64,000 bases of DNA from Bacteroidia bacterium (GCA_035486275.1 DATHNG010000063.1:32616-96615), one strand, 5' to 3'. Positions 9,572 through 19,175 are shown, numbered from the stretch's first letter. Notes: generated by a model from the sequence alone, not told the origin. Made by a program: numbers and translations.

Positions 9572-10419
9572 GGTCGGTTTGTTTTTTCAGCAGCTATTTT
9601 ACCGAAGGCAATATTCCGGCCTACGTAAAATTCTATTTAAAAGAATTAAGCAATCATTTTTCCGAAATAGTTTTTGCAACCACTGAGAAAGAAATTCAAA
9701 GTGTTGATAAGGCTTTTCTTTCAGAAAATAAAATACAGTTGCAACTCTTTAGTAATGAAGGGTATGATTTCGGATTGTGGTACAAAGCATTAAAAGAATA
9801 TGATCTATCAGGGTACGATAGAATAGGCCTTGTGAATGACTCTTGTATATTATTTGGAAAGCTTGACCCATTCTTCCAATGGCTTGATAAGGACAGCTCT
9901 GATGTTGCAGGATTTACAGATTCCTATTTATTGAAACACCACCTTCAATCATATTTCCTTGTCATCAATAAAAAAGCCATTCCCCTTGTTCTTGCTTATT
10001 TTACAAAAAATGGAATTATAACCGATAATGCAGGTGTAATTGAAACATATGAAATTGGCCTAAGCCAATACCTTATGAATAATTCTATGGAAATAAAGGC
10101 AATGTATTCTGTGCCCGGTCAATGCCAGTATAACTATGCTTTAATGGATGCAAAAAAACTTATTGAACAAGGATTCCCTTTAATAAAAAAGAAAATAATT
10201 ACACGCGGATATATAAGAGAAAGGTGGTGGAGTATGGTTGTAATGGGATTTGATCCTTTCCCTTCTCATTACATAAAACAGATAAAGAGATTGTATACAA
10301 TACCGGCTGATCTCTTCAACGGGCTGACTGGCAAGAATGATATAGCGAGTGATCTCTGGTTTAATATTGTCAGTCGCCTGGCAATTATTTGGGGTACATT
10401 AAAACATAAAAGAAGTTAA
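9568..10419 (+). CDS. Polysaccharide biosynthesis protein, possibly RgpF (rhamnan synthesis F)-like glycosyltransferase
   Basis: N-terminal VCFFSSYF...YVKFYLKEL... resembles the RgpF family. Recalled similarity only, weak. Confidence 0.3.
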   Translation: MRSVCFFSSYFTEGNIPAYVKFYLKELSNHFSEIVFATTEKEIQSVDKAFLSENKIQLQLFSNEGYDFGLWYKALKEYDLSGYDRIGLVNDSCILFGKLDPFFQWLDKDSSDVAGFTDSYLLKHHLQSYFLVINKKAIPLVLAYFTKNGIITDNAGVIETYEIGLSQYLMNNSMEIKAMYSVPGQCQYNYALMDAKKLIEQGFPLIKKKIITRGYIRERWWSMVVMGFDPFPSHYIKQIKRLYTIPADLFNGLTGKNDIASDLWFNIVSRLAIIWGTLKHKRS

Positions 10420-10429
10420 TATAATATGT

Positions 10430-11449
10430 ATGAATAACCCACTGGTAAGCATTTGTATACCTACATATAATGGTTCGGCATATTTAGCTCAATGTATTGA
10501 GTCGGCTATTCAACAAACATATGCCAACATTGAAATATTGATAGTTGACGATAAATCAACTGATAATACCTGCAAGTTAATTGAGAAATATGCTGCATCA
10601 GATAGTCGCATAAAACTAATTCGGAACGAGAAAAACCTTGGCCTGGTAGGGAACTGGAACAGGTGCATGGATCTTGCCAAAGGAGAGTGGATAAAATTTC
10701 TTTTCCAGGACGATTATTTTGATTCAGATTGTATCAGCGCAATGGTTGAAAGTATTTCTGACGGAGACAAAATTATAACCTCCGGCAGAAGGCTTGTTTT
10801 TGAAGAATCAATTGATGAAGCTTCAAAAAATTACTCATTGAATGAAACCCTGACATTCTCTAAATTGGGTATACATGAAGAAAAACCAATTGCCCTGACG
10901 CCGGAGCAAATAACAAAATTCACAGTAGATCACATTTGCATGAATTTTATCGGAGAGCCCACCACTGTTATGTTCAGGAAAGAAATGGCTGGAGAATTAG
11001 GGTATTTTAACCCTGACCTGGTTCAAATATGCGACCTGGAATATTTTCTTCGAATTGCCACCAGGTACGGTATGAAATACATTCCTCAAGCCCTAACCTA
11101 TTTCAGGGCTGGTGCGCATAGTGGGTCTGCTTCAAGTGCCAATATCTCTAAAAGGCAGTTTTCCATGCTACATATCGACCCCATTATTACTACTCACCTG
11201 CTATTATATAATGCTCATTTTGCCTCATTCAGAAAAGCGCTTTCCGGCCGGCAAAAAATGAAACTAAACCTTTTCTTCAGGGTACGCACATACGAGGCAT
11301 ATAAAAGTGCAATGAATTCAAATAAAGAAAATTCAGGAAGATTTGAAGCGGCATGCAATAAATACCCTGAAATAAACAAGCATAAACATGGTAATGTATT
11401 TATTAAACTTGTTTTGCTATTTATAAAACAAAAGCGGGCATTTGCTTAG
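10430..11449 (+). CDS. GT2 glycosyltransferase
   Basis: VSICIPTYNGSAYLAQCIESAIQQTYANIEILIVDDKSTDNT. Confidence 0.65.
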   Translation: MNNPLVSICIPTYNGSAYLAQCIESAIQQTYANIEILIVDDKSTDNTCKLIEKYAASDSRIKLIRNEKNLGLVGNWNRCMDLAKGEWIKFLFQDDYFDSDCISAMVESISDGDKIITSGRRLVFEESIDEASKNYSLNETLTFSKLGIHEEKPIALTPEQITKFTVDHICMNFIGEPTTVMFRKEMAGELGYFNPDLVQICDLEYFLRIATRYGMKYIPQALTYFRAGAHSGSASSANISKRQFSMLHIDPIITTHLLLYNAHFASFRKALSGRQKMKLNLFFRVRTYEAYKSAMNSNKENSGRFEAACNKYPEINKHKHGNVFIKLVLLFIKQKRAFA

Positions 11450-11490
11450 AAAGTATAATTTTACACTATACGCGTTATAATTCAACTGAA

Positions 11491-12366
11491 ATGGTTTTCG
11501 ATTGCTTTACCTTTTTTAATGAACTTGATATACTCGAAATTCGATTAAACACATTGAATGATGTAGTCGATAAATTTGTGCTTGTTGAGGCTACCAAAAC
11601 CCATCAGGGTAATGATAAGCCTCTTTTTTACAATGAAAATAAATCAAGGTACGCTGCTTTTGCTGATAAAATAATCCACGTAATCATAGACACCTTTCCA
11701 GCTATTGATGCCAGCTCGGCATGGACACTTGAACGGTACCAACGTGAAATGATAGCTGAAGGATTGAAAACAGCCAAGCCCGGAGACACCATTCTTATTT
11801 CAGACGTTGATGAAATACCTGACCCTGAAAAAATAAAGGCTTTTAAAAATAAAAGCGGGATTAAAATATTTTGCCAGCGATCATTCTATTATTTTATCAA
11901 TTGTATAAATACCAGCAATAGCGGAAACTATGCATGGTGCGGAACCATAATGGCATCATATAACAGTAAAATATCTCCGCAAACACTCCGGTATATAAGC
12001 ATTCAGTTCCTGGGGCTTTATTCAGACAGGTTGATAGTAAGGATGTATTCCAGGTTAAAAATACTTCAGTGGAAGATTAAACTCATGCAAAACATTTATA
12101 CCGTTGAAAATGGTGGATGGCATTTCAGTTTTCTTGGCGGGGTAGAAAAGATCATCAAAAAACTTGAGGCTTTTGCTCATTCAGAATACAATACAGCAGA
12201 GTATAAAGACCCCAAGAAGATTGAACAAGCCCTGGACGAAGGAAGAGATATTTTTGGAAGAGACTTTACTTACAAATTTGTTCCGCTTGATGACACCTTC
12301 CCCACATACATTGTCAAGAACCGGGAGAAGTACAAGAACCTGATAAGGGAAAATAAGTCTGCCTGA
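11491..12366 (+). CDS. GT17-like glycosyltransferase (beta-1,4-GlcNAc-transferase-III-like family)
   Basis: N-terminal DCFTFFNELDILEIRLN...FVLVEA is the hallmark start of bacterial Glyco_transf_17 homologues. Confidence 0.45.
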   Translation: MVFDCFTFFNELDILEIRLNTLNDVVDKFVLVEATKTHQGNDKPLFYNENKSRYAAFADKIIHVIIDTFPAIDASSAWTLERYQREMIAEGLKTAKPGDTILISDVDEIPDPEKIKAFKNKSGIKIFCQRSFYYFINCINTSNSGNYAWCGTIMASYNSKISPQTLRYISIQFLGLYSDRLIVRMYSRLKILQWKIKLMQNIYTVENGGWHFSFLGGVEKIIKKLEAFAHSEYNTAEYKDPKKIEQALDEGRDIFGRDFTYKFVPLDDTFPTYIVKNREKYKNLIRENKSA

Positions 12367-12376
12367 CAATAATTTT

Positions 12377-13300
12377 ATGCATCAGAAACTTGAAATAAGC
12401 ATAGTTATAGTTAGTTATAACGTTTGGGATTACCTTGATAAATGTATACGATCCATATTGTTGCAACAAGCCGTAGTATTTGAAATAATTGTTGTAGATA
12501 ATAATTCTACTGATGGAACTATTGAAAAGCTTAGGACAATATATCCTTCAGTCAGAATTATTTCCAATAAGAATAATGCAGGTTTTTCAGCAGCCAACAA
12601 CCAGGGAATAAAAGAAGCCAATGGCGATGCTATTCTTTTATTAAATCCTGATACTGAAATAACAGGCAATGATGCATTGCGTAATATGGCAGATTACCTC
12701 TCAGCTAATACCGATATCGGAATCTTAGCCCCGGGCCTTTCAAATACCGATGGTTCTTTTCAATCTTCTGCCTGGAACTTTCCACGTGTAACAAATATAT
12801 TACTCGAACTGTTCTATCTTCATTCGACTAAACATAAAAAAGTATATGCAGCTCCTGAAAAAATTCAGGCGGCATCGGGTGCAGCATTATGTTTAAAGAA
12901 AACACTTGCTGATAAATTAGGAGGGTTGGATGAACATTTATTCTGGATGGAGGATGTTGACCTGTGCTACAGGGCTTTCAAAGCCGGAAAGAAAATAGTT
13001 TACTACCCGGGCATTAAAATTATCCATCATGGCGGTAAAAGCTCTGTGAATAAGCAGCTTATAACTATTCCCAACCAAATAATAAGTAAAATAAAATATT
13101 TTCAAAAAAATGGCTCCTGGTGGCAATTCATCTTAAGTGATATATTGAGTTTTCTCTTTATTCTAAGTCGTTTAATAGTATTTACAGTTTTTTCCATAAG
13201 TGGTAATTCGGTATATATACTTAAGCGCAGGGCATATTTAAGGGCTTTTACCAGCTTTATACGCTTTAATTTTGCCCGGGACAAGAAAATAATCAGCTAA
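12377..13300 (+). CDS. GT2 glycosyltransferase
   Basis: ISIVIVSYNVWDYLDKCIRS...IIVVDNNSTDGT. Confidence 0.6.
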   Translation: MHQKLEISIVIVSYNVWDYLDKCIRSILLQQAVVFEIIVVDNNSTDGTIEKLRTIYPSVRIISNKNNAGFSAANNQGIKEANGDAILLLNPDTEITGNDALRNMADYLSANTDIGILAPGLSNTDGSFQSSAWNFPRVTNILLELFYLHSTKHKKVYAAPEKIQAASGAALCLKKTLADKLGGLDEHLFWMEDVDLCYRAFKAGKKIVYYPGIKIIHHGGKSSVNKQLITIPNQIISKIKYFQKNGSWWQFILSDILSFLFILSRLIVFTVFSISGNSVYILKRRAYLRAFTSFIRFNFARDKKIIS

Positions 13301-13375
13301 GCCCAATATTGACAGGCCATTGCAGAATATTTTAATACATTTCAATTAAATCTATCTATGTAATTGCTATTTCTT

Positions 13376-13383
13376 TATCTTTG
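13376..13383 (+). promoter_or_regulatory. -7 box TATCTTTG upstream of the tRNA-Pro/tRNA-Arg pair
   Basis: TAnnTTTG match 30 nt before tRNA-Pro. Confidence 0.35.
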
Positions 13384-13412
13384 CGCCCTTTATTAAAAGT
13401 TCTATAAAAAAT

Positions 13413-13487
13413 CGGGGTGTAGCGTAGTCTGGTTATCGCGCCTGCTTTGGGAGCAGGAGGTCGTCAGTTCGAATCTGGCCACCCCGA
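13413..13487 (+). tRNA. tRNA-Pro(TGG): tRNA-Pro (anticodon TGG)
   Basis: Cloverleaf read by eye: acceptor CGGGGTG/CACCCCG, anticodon stem CCTGC/GCAGG, loop TTTGGGA, T-loop GTTCGAATC; no encoded CCA. Confidence 0.85.
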
Positions 13488-13509
13488 CTGGGACTATAGG
13501 AAACAATCT

Positions 13510-13583
13510 GATCCCGTAGCTCAGCTGGATAGAGCAACAGATTTCTAATCTGTCGGTCGTGGGTTCGAATCTCGCCGGGATCA
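13510..13583 (+). tRNA. tRNA-Arg(TCT): tRNA-Arg (anticodon TCT)
   Basis: Acceptor GATCCCG/CGGGATC, D-arm AGCTCAGCTGGATAGAGC, anticodon stem ACAGA/TCTGT, loop TTTCTAA, T-loop GTTCGAATC. Confidence 0.85.
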
Positions 13584-13684
13584 CTCCTCGGAGTAAAGCT
13601 GAAATACCGTTTAAATTTGTCTTTTCTTCTTTTTTCTCTATATTTACTTAAGATTTTTAGTAACCTGGTATATATAAGTCAAGT

Positions 13685-15091
13685 ATGAAGAAAATCACCC
13701 TGCTTTTTTTAGCTTTTACGAGTATAAGTATTTTCACTGATGCGCAAATACAACTATGGGGAATGACTACCCGTGGCGGTGCATCGAGTGATGGTAATAT
13801 ATTTAAATGCATCCCTTCAACAAAATCATATTCCAGTGTAACGGAATTTAATAGTTCAACCGGGGCAGCTCCATTCGGTAGCCTTATACAAGGGTCTGAC
13901 GGTAATATGTATGGAATGACACGCGATGGTGGCCACGCAGATTACGGAACTATTTTTAAATGCACTGCATCAGGCTCACTCACTACAATTGCATACTTTA
14001 ATGATTCCAATGGTGCTACACCTTATGGAGACCTGATAATGGGATCTGATGGCAACCTATACGGTATGACAACGTATGGTGGTGGATATGGATACGGTAC
14101 TATCTTCCAATGTACTCCTTCAGGAACAATTAATAACCTGGTTGTTTTTTATGGCCCAAATGGTATGTACCCTAACGGTAATCTTATTCAGGGCAAAGAT
14201 GGGAACCTGTATGGCATGGCAAGTTATGGTGGAGATAGCGGAGACTCAGGTGTTATTTTTAAATGCACCACATCAGGCATATATACGGTTTTAGATACGT
14301 TCAAAAGCACTAATGGCGGCAACCCCAATGGCAGCCTGATACAGGGTATCGACGGTAACTTGTACGGCATGACCATGTATGGTGGAACTGCTGATTCAGG
14401 TACAATATTTAAATGCACCACTGAAGGTGTATTAACCACAATATATAATTTTAATACTGCCAGTGGATGCTTCCCTTACGGAAGCCTGGTGCAAGGGTAT
14501 GATGGCAACCTGTATGGGTTGACAGAAACAGGCGGGGCATCAAATTATGGCACCGTTTTTAAATGTACTACTTCAGGCATACTTACCACTCTCGTTACTT
14601 TTGACGGTACAAATGGAGAGAACCCATTGGGAAGTATAATGCTCGCTTCAGATAGCAATTTGTATGGAATGACCTCGGAAGGTGGACCTGGCGGCGCTGG
14701 AACAATTTTTCAATGCACTACATCAGGAACTCTTACGACAATAGGTAACCTTGTTGGTGTAGTTTATGCTTGTGACCCGGTGAGGCAATATGGGACTTTA
14801 ACCGAAATTAATCCTGTTTTGGGTATTAACAATATTGAAAGCAGTAGCAAAATAAACATGTATCCTAATCCCGCACATGATATATTGAATCTTTCATTTG
14901 ATACGCAAGGTGCATCAAACACTGCTATTACAATAACCGATATTACAGGTAAGGAGATCATCAATACAAATGAGGTTATCAGTAATGATCAAACTGTTTC
15001 AATAAATATCAGTGCACTTAGCTATGGAATGTATTTTGCAAAAGTTACCACTGATAAAAACACTCAGGTATTCAAGTTCATTAAGAATTAG
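13685..15091 (+). CDS. Secreted GloVer-type tandem-repeat protein (choice-of-anchor family) with T9SS C-terminal sorting domain
   Basis: Signal peptide; at least seven ~47-aa repeats (GTIFKCT.SG.LTT...F....G..P.G.L.QG.DGNLYGMT..GG); C-terminal MYPNPAHDILNLSF...FAKVTTDKNTQVFKFIKN is a T9SS type-A CTD. Confidence 0.6.
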   Translation: MKKITLLFLAFTSISIFTDAQIQLWGMTTRGGASSDGNIFKCIPSTKSYSSVTEFNSSTGAAPFGSLIQGSDGNMYGMTRDGGHADYGTIFKCTASGSLTTIAYFNDSNGATPYGDLIMGSDGNLYGMTTYGGGYGYGTIFQCTPSGTINNLVVFYGPNGMYPNGNLIQGKDGNLYGMASYGGDSGDSGVIFKCTTSGIYTVLDTFKSTNGGNPNGSLIQGIDGNLYGMTMYGGTADSGTIFKCTTEGVLTTIYNFNTASGCFPYGSLVQGYDGNLYGLTETGGASNYGTVFKCTTSGILTTLVTFDGTNGENPLGSIMLASDSNLYGMTSEGGPGGAGTIFQCTTSGTLTTIGNLVGVVYACDPVRQYGTLTEINPVLGINNIESSSKINMYPNPAHDILNLSFDTQGASNTAITITDITGKEIINTNEVISNDQTVSINISALSYGMYFAKVTTDKNTQVFKFIKN

Positions 15092-15109
15092 GGAAGTATC
15101 TTTGCCTTA

Positions 15110-15706
15110 ATGGAATCATTCAAACAAGTTTTTGGAATTATAGCCATTTGTTTTGGTACGCTGGCTTATGTAATTTATATATCTAAAATACTCCGGAACA
15201 AAATAAAGCCACACGCATTCTCATGGCTTTTATGGACACTTACTACAGCCATAGTATACAGTGCGCAGTTGATGAAAGGTGGCGGGGCCGGTTCTTGGTC
15301 TACCGGTTACACTTGCATAATTTGTCTGGCTATTGGTATCATTTCATTATTTAAATACGATAAGGCATACACCCTTTCCGATATTTTATTTATCAGCATC
15401 GCACTACTTGCATTAATCCCCTGGTTCCTTACCAAAGACCCAACGGTATCGGTTGTAATTATAGCAAGTATCGATGCAATTGGTTACGGCCCCACATATC
15501 GTAAAAGCTATTACTATCCCAATGAAGAGAATGCGTCTTCATTCGGTTTAAATTCAATTAAACATTGTTTCTCTTTTATGGCATTAGGGCATTATATGAC
15601 TGCTACCTGGCTATATCCTGTTTCACAAATCTTCATGAATGGTTCAGTTGTTCTATTACTCTGGATCAGAAGAAAAAAACTGGCAAACTCTACTTCAAAG
15701 AGTTGA
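15110..15706 (+). CDS. Polytopic membrane protein, function unknown
   Basis: 198 aa, about six hydrophobic helices; no recognisable catalytic motif. Confidence 0.35.
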   Translation: MESFKQVFGIIAICFGTLAYVIYISKILRNKIKPHAFSWLLWTLTTAIVYSAQLMKGGGAGSWSTGYTCIICLAIGIISLFKYDKAYTLSDILFISIALLALIPWFLTKDPTVSVVIIASIDAIGYGPTYRKSYYYPNEENASSFGLNSIKHCFSFMALGHYMTATWLYPVSQIFMNGSVVLLLWIRRKKLANSTSKS

Positions 15707-15916
15707 TTTACTTTTATTGGTAATTTTTCCGGTTTAGTTAATAATCCACATTTTATCCATCAAACTCAATAGAAAACAAACCTAAATCAGTTCAGGTTGT
15801 CATTTTCGGGCAATTCTCTTTCATCTGTATGCTGAAATAATACATGGGCGAAAAGTAGTCAACTAAAATCCCTCCGTTTTATGCAAACACTACTTGGATA
15901 ACAAAGTATTCTTGAA

Positions 15917-15924
15917 TATATTTG
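15917..15924 (+). promoter_or_regulatory. -7 box TATATTTG (with TTG at 15894-15896) upstream of the GH25 gene
   Basis: TAnnTTTG match with appropriate spacing to an upstream TTG. Confidence 0.3.
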
Positions 15925-15985
15925 ATTTAATAATCTCATTTAATCAAGTTTATAATTTTAACCCTGGTTTTCTAAATTATTACTC

Positions 15986-17566
15986 ATGAAAAAATATTTA
16001 CTCTTTCTTACTGTATTTCTTCTGTCATGTTTAAATATACATGCCCAAACTATCATTGGCATTGATCTTTATCATGGTGATGATCCTGTTACATGGTCAT
16101 CAGTAAAATCAGGTGGCTATGGTTATGCATGGCATAAAGCCACACAGGGCACAACGTATACCGATCCTGACTTTGCTACCGATATGGTGAATGGTGAAGC
16201 TGCAGGAGTATATATGGGTGCGTATGATTTTGCTGATCCTGAAAACAATACTGCAGCAGCAGAAGCCGATTATTTTTTAAGTGTTGCAAAATCATATATT
16301 AAATCGTGTGAAATGCCCCCTGTTCTTGACCTTGAAGACCCAAGTAGCGGGGCCGCTCTTTCAAGCGCATTTACAAGCGCCCAATTAACTGCATGGGTTC
16401 AGGAATGGTTTGATACCGTTCAGAAAATGACCGGTATCACTCCTGTATTATATACTGATGGAACCTATGCAAAATACCTCAACAGCTCTTTGAATAAATA
16501 CCCGCTTTGGATCGCAACCGTTTCTGGCAGCCCTTCAAGCCCTCCTCCTCCAGCCGACCTGGGCTCATGGACCACCTGGACCTTTAATCAATATTCATGG
16601 ACACTTACAGTTCCCGGAATTGCTGTTAGTGGTGGCGAAGATGGTGATGTTTTCAACGGAGATTCTACTGCATTCAAAAAATTCTTAGGCTGTATTGCCG
16701 GCCCTCCACCACCTCCACCTGTGTGCGATACAATTTATGCTTCATTACCATACTCTACTTCATTTGAAAGCACATGGGCATACGATAGCTGCGCTGGGGT
16801 GGCACAACGCCTGCCTGACTTTTACTGGAAAAGTAGTATTGCCGGTACCACACCTGATGGAGATGATTATTGGCACAGAGATGATTATACGGGTAGTGAT
16901 TGGTCGAGCCCAACAAGCGGTGCATATACACCCGCTGCCTCAAATGGAACATACAGCGCAAGATTCCATAACGATCCACCTCCTGCAGGCTCTATTGGTA
17001 ATTTAGATCTTTATATTGATCTTTCCGGTGCCGGAACAAAGACAATAAGTTTTGATTATATACACAATGAACTATCTCCTTCTCCATTTGCATTTGATGT
17101 TGAGCTTTCTACAGATGGTGGTAAGACTTTCTCCGCCCCGCTGTTATCGATCCCTGCACAGGTATCATCATGGACCAATGAATCATTTACCACTAGTGCT
17201 ACTTCGGCCAAGAGCGTTCTGCGTTTTACTGTAACAGATAAAGGCACCAACGATGTGGGAATAGATAACCTGAGTGTTGTTACCGGCCCAACCGGAATAA
17301 GCGCTATTACTGCTAATTCTGATTTTACAATTTATCCTAATCCGAATAATGGTTCATTCACCATTGCAACCGCCGGCTCAATAAATGAAAAAACGGAGAT
17401 TGATATATACAATGCGCTTGGTCAACAAGTGTATAGCGGTGATGTTTACCCTGGTAAAACAGAGATAAACATGAACGCTAAGGAAAGTGGCATATACTTT
17501 TACCGCATAATGAGCGAAAGCGGAGACAGGCTGATCTCAGAAGGAAAGATAATTGTACAGCGCTAA
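15986..17566 (+). CDS. Secreted GH25-family muramidase (lysozyme) with Pro-rich linker, uncharacterised middle domain and T9SS C-terminal sorting domain
   Basis: Signal peptide; GH25-like GIDLYHGDDPVTWSSVKSGGYGYAWHKATQGTTYTDPDF...GVYMGAYDFADPE; PPPPPP linkers; C-terminal TIYPNPNNGSFTIAT...GIYFYRIMSESGDRLISEGKIIVQR (T9SS CTD). Confidence 0.65.
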   Translation: MKKYLLFLTVFLLSCLNIHAQTIIGIDLYHGDDPVTWSSVKSGGYGYAWHKATQGTTYTDPDFATDMVNGEAAGVYMGAYDFADPENNTAAAEADYFLSVAKSYIKSCEMPPVLDLEDPSSGAALSSAFTSAQLTAWVQEWFDTVQKMTGITPVLYTDGTYAKYLNSSLNKYPLWIATVSGSPSSPPPPADLGSWTTWTFNQYSWTLTVPGIAVSGGEDGDVFNGDSTAFKKFLGCIAGPPPPPPVCDTIYASLPYSTSFESTWAYDSCAGVAQRLPDFYWKSSIAGTTPDGDDYWHRDDYTGSDWSSPTSGAYTPAASNGTYSARFHNDPPPAGSIGNLDLYIDLSGAGTKTISFDYIHNELSPSPFAFDVELSTDGGKTFSAPLLSIPAQVSSWTNESFTTSATSAKSVLRFTVTDKGTNDVGIDNLSVVTGPTGISAITANSDFTIYPNPNNGSFTIATAGSINEKTEIDIYNALGQQVYSGDVYPGKTEINMNAKESGIYFYRIMSESGDRLISEGKIIVQR

Positions 17567-17573
17567 AACCTAT

Positions 17574-19175
17574 CTATTGCACAACCCATTTACCATGGGC
17601 AATGGTTTCGGCGTCTTCGGTAAGTGACCATATATAGGTACCTGCAGAAAGTGATGGCAGATCGAGTATATACATACCACTACCCGGAATTTTTATTTCA
17701 GCTTCTTTTCTGCCATCAATAGAATAGATAGTCAGTATACCCTCCTTTAATGTAGGTTGTGCATTAATTACAATATTGGTTTTATTGTGAGACGGATTGG
17801 GGAATAGTTCTGCACTAAAACGGGAATTATCTCCTATAGTTACAACAGCCGACGGAGATTTACCTATTGAAGTAGAATTAAAGAATGTATTTTCTTTACC
17901 TGTACGCATGTCACTCCATAATGCATACACATTTGAATCGGTTACTGCACATCCCAAAAAATCATCGCCACGCTCAATGTAAACAGGTGGTGAAATAGTA
18001 TCGCTTACAAGGAAATTTTTGCCGTAACTGTTACCCCCATCGGTAGATGTTGTGCCATATATCTGGAAAGAAGCGCTATCACCTTTACTTGTATTGCGTC
18101 TGTCGCGCCAAACAGCACCAAATGTTCCGTTTTTTGCAAACCCACCCCAATTTAAATCGTGGCATGTATCATAGGCACCTTTTGTATCATCATTCAAGCG
18201 TATAGGTCCGTTCCATGTTTTACCGGCATCGTTCGAGTTGAATGAAACAACATCCGGCTCTCCGAATATTTCAGAAGGGCTTAGCAGAATAAGATTACTG
18301 GTATCGGTAGGATTAGAAGAAACACATAAGCCACTTTTCAATAAAGAATCAGCAGTTGGAATAACATCGGCAGCCGTAAAATTAAGTGCGGCATGTGTTG
18401 TAAATGAGGTTCCACCATTAAATGACTTCACCATAATAAGCCGAGCATAGGGGCTATATGCAGTGTAATATGAGTAATAAAAACCATACAGTGTTCCATT
18501 GGCAGCTACAGTAGTAAATGCAGTAGCATCGGTTATAGCTCCAGTAGGTATACTATCATCCAACTGTTTGATGGGTGCCCACGTTGCACCACTATCAGCT
18601 GAATAAGTAAACCACGGGTGATGCGGTTGCGGTGCGAAATATGCATTTTGCGTTGTAAGGTAAACTCTTCCTGCATAAGGGCCATTGGTTCCATCGGCTG
18701 CTATCCAGGGGCGGTCAATAGGCAGGTTAGGTTGCGCTTTATAGTAAATTGCTTTAACCGGGGCTTTCCATGTAATGCCTCCATTTGTTGAACGGACAAC
18801 CATTATGTATCCTGAATCGCTGGCTTTCAAACCGGAAAGATCAATATAGGCCAGGTATACACAACTATCTTTACCAAAGTACATGGTAGGGTCTGCGCTA
18901 TTGAAACTAGAATATATATGCGGCAGTATTTGTAGCGGGGTCCATGTTTTGCCTCCATCAAATGAACTGCGGGTGGCAATGGCATCTTTTAAATTGCTTA
19001 GTGAAAAATATATCCATGCGGAAACAAGATGTTTGGGATTAAGCGGATTAACAACCAAATTACACTCCCCATCAAAATACTGTGAATTAGAAAGGTTTAT
19101 GTTTTGCGAGAATGAACTATAAGAGGCAAAAACGAATAAGAATGTAAAGTAGATTAGTAATGCTTTCTTTTTCAT
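17574..19175 (-). CDS. Secreted BNR-repeat (sialidase/glycosidase-like beta-propeller) protein with T9SS C-terminal sorting domain
   Basis: Signal peptide; about six BNR motifs (SFDGGKTWTP, STNGGITW, SADSGATWAP, SFNGGTSF, SNDAGKTWNG, STDGGNSYG); C-terminal ELFPNPSHNKTNIVINA...GTYIWSL...KWVVQ CTD. Confidence 0.55.
   Translation of the reverse strand: MKKKALLIYFTFLFVFASYSSFSQNINLSNSQYFDGECNLVVNPLNPKHLVSAWIYFSLSNLKDAIATRSSFDGGKTWTPLQILPHIYSSFNSADPTMYFGKDSCVYLAYIDLSGLKASDSGYIMVVRSTNGGITWKAPVKAIYYKAQPNLPIDRPWIAADGTNGPYAGRVYLTTQNAYFAPQPHHPWFTYSADSGATWAPIKQLDDSIPTGAITDATAFTTVAANGTLYGFYYSYYTAYSPYARLIMVKSFNGGTSFTTHAALNFTAADVIPTADSLLKSGLCVSSNPTDTSNLILLSPSEIFGEPDVVSFNSNDAGKTWNGPIRLNDDTKGAYDTCHDLNWGGFAKNGTFGAVWRDRRNTSKGDSASFQIYGTTSTDGGNSYGKNFLVSDTISPPVYIERGDDFLGCAVTDSNVYALWSDMRTGKENTFFNSTSIGKSPSAVVTIGDNSRFSAELFPNPSHNKTNIVINAQPTLKEGILTIYSIDGRKEAEIKIPGSGMYILDLPSLSAGTYIWSLTEDAETIAHGKWVVQ

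Noticed and set aside
13402-13584. 60-aa minus-strand ORF
   Set aside because: It lies entirely over the tRNA-Pro/tRNA-Arg genes. The clear cloverleafs explain the region, so the ORF is spurious.
15707-15985. 280-bp intergenic gap examined for an ncRNA (SRP RNA, RNase P, riboswitch)
   Set aside because: It is AT-rich with no extended stems and no conserved RNA motifs. It contains a plausible promoter (TATATTTG) for the downstream GH25 gene.
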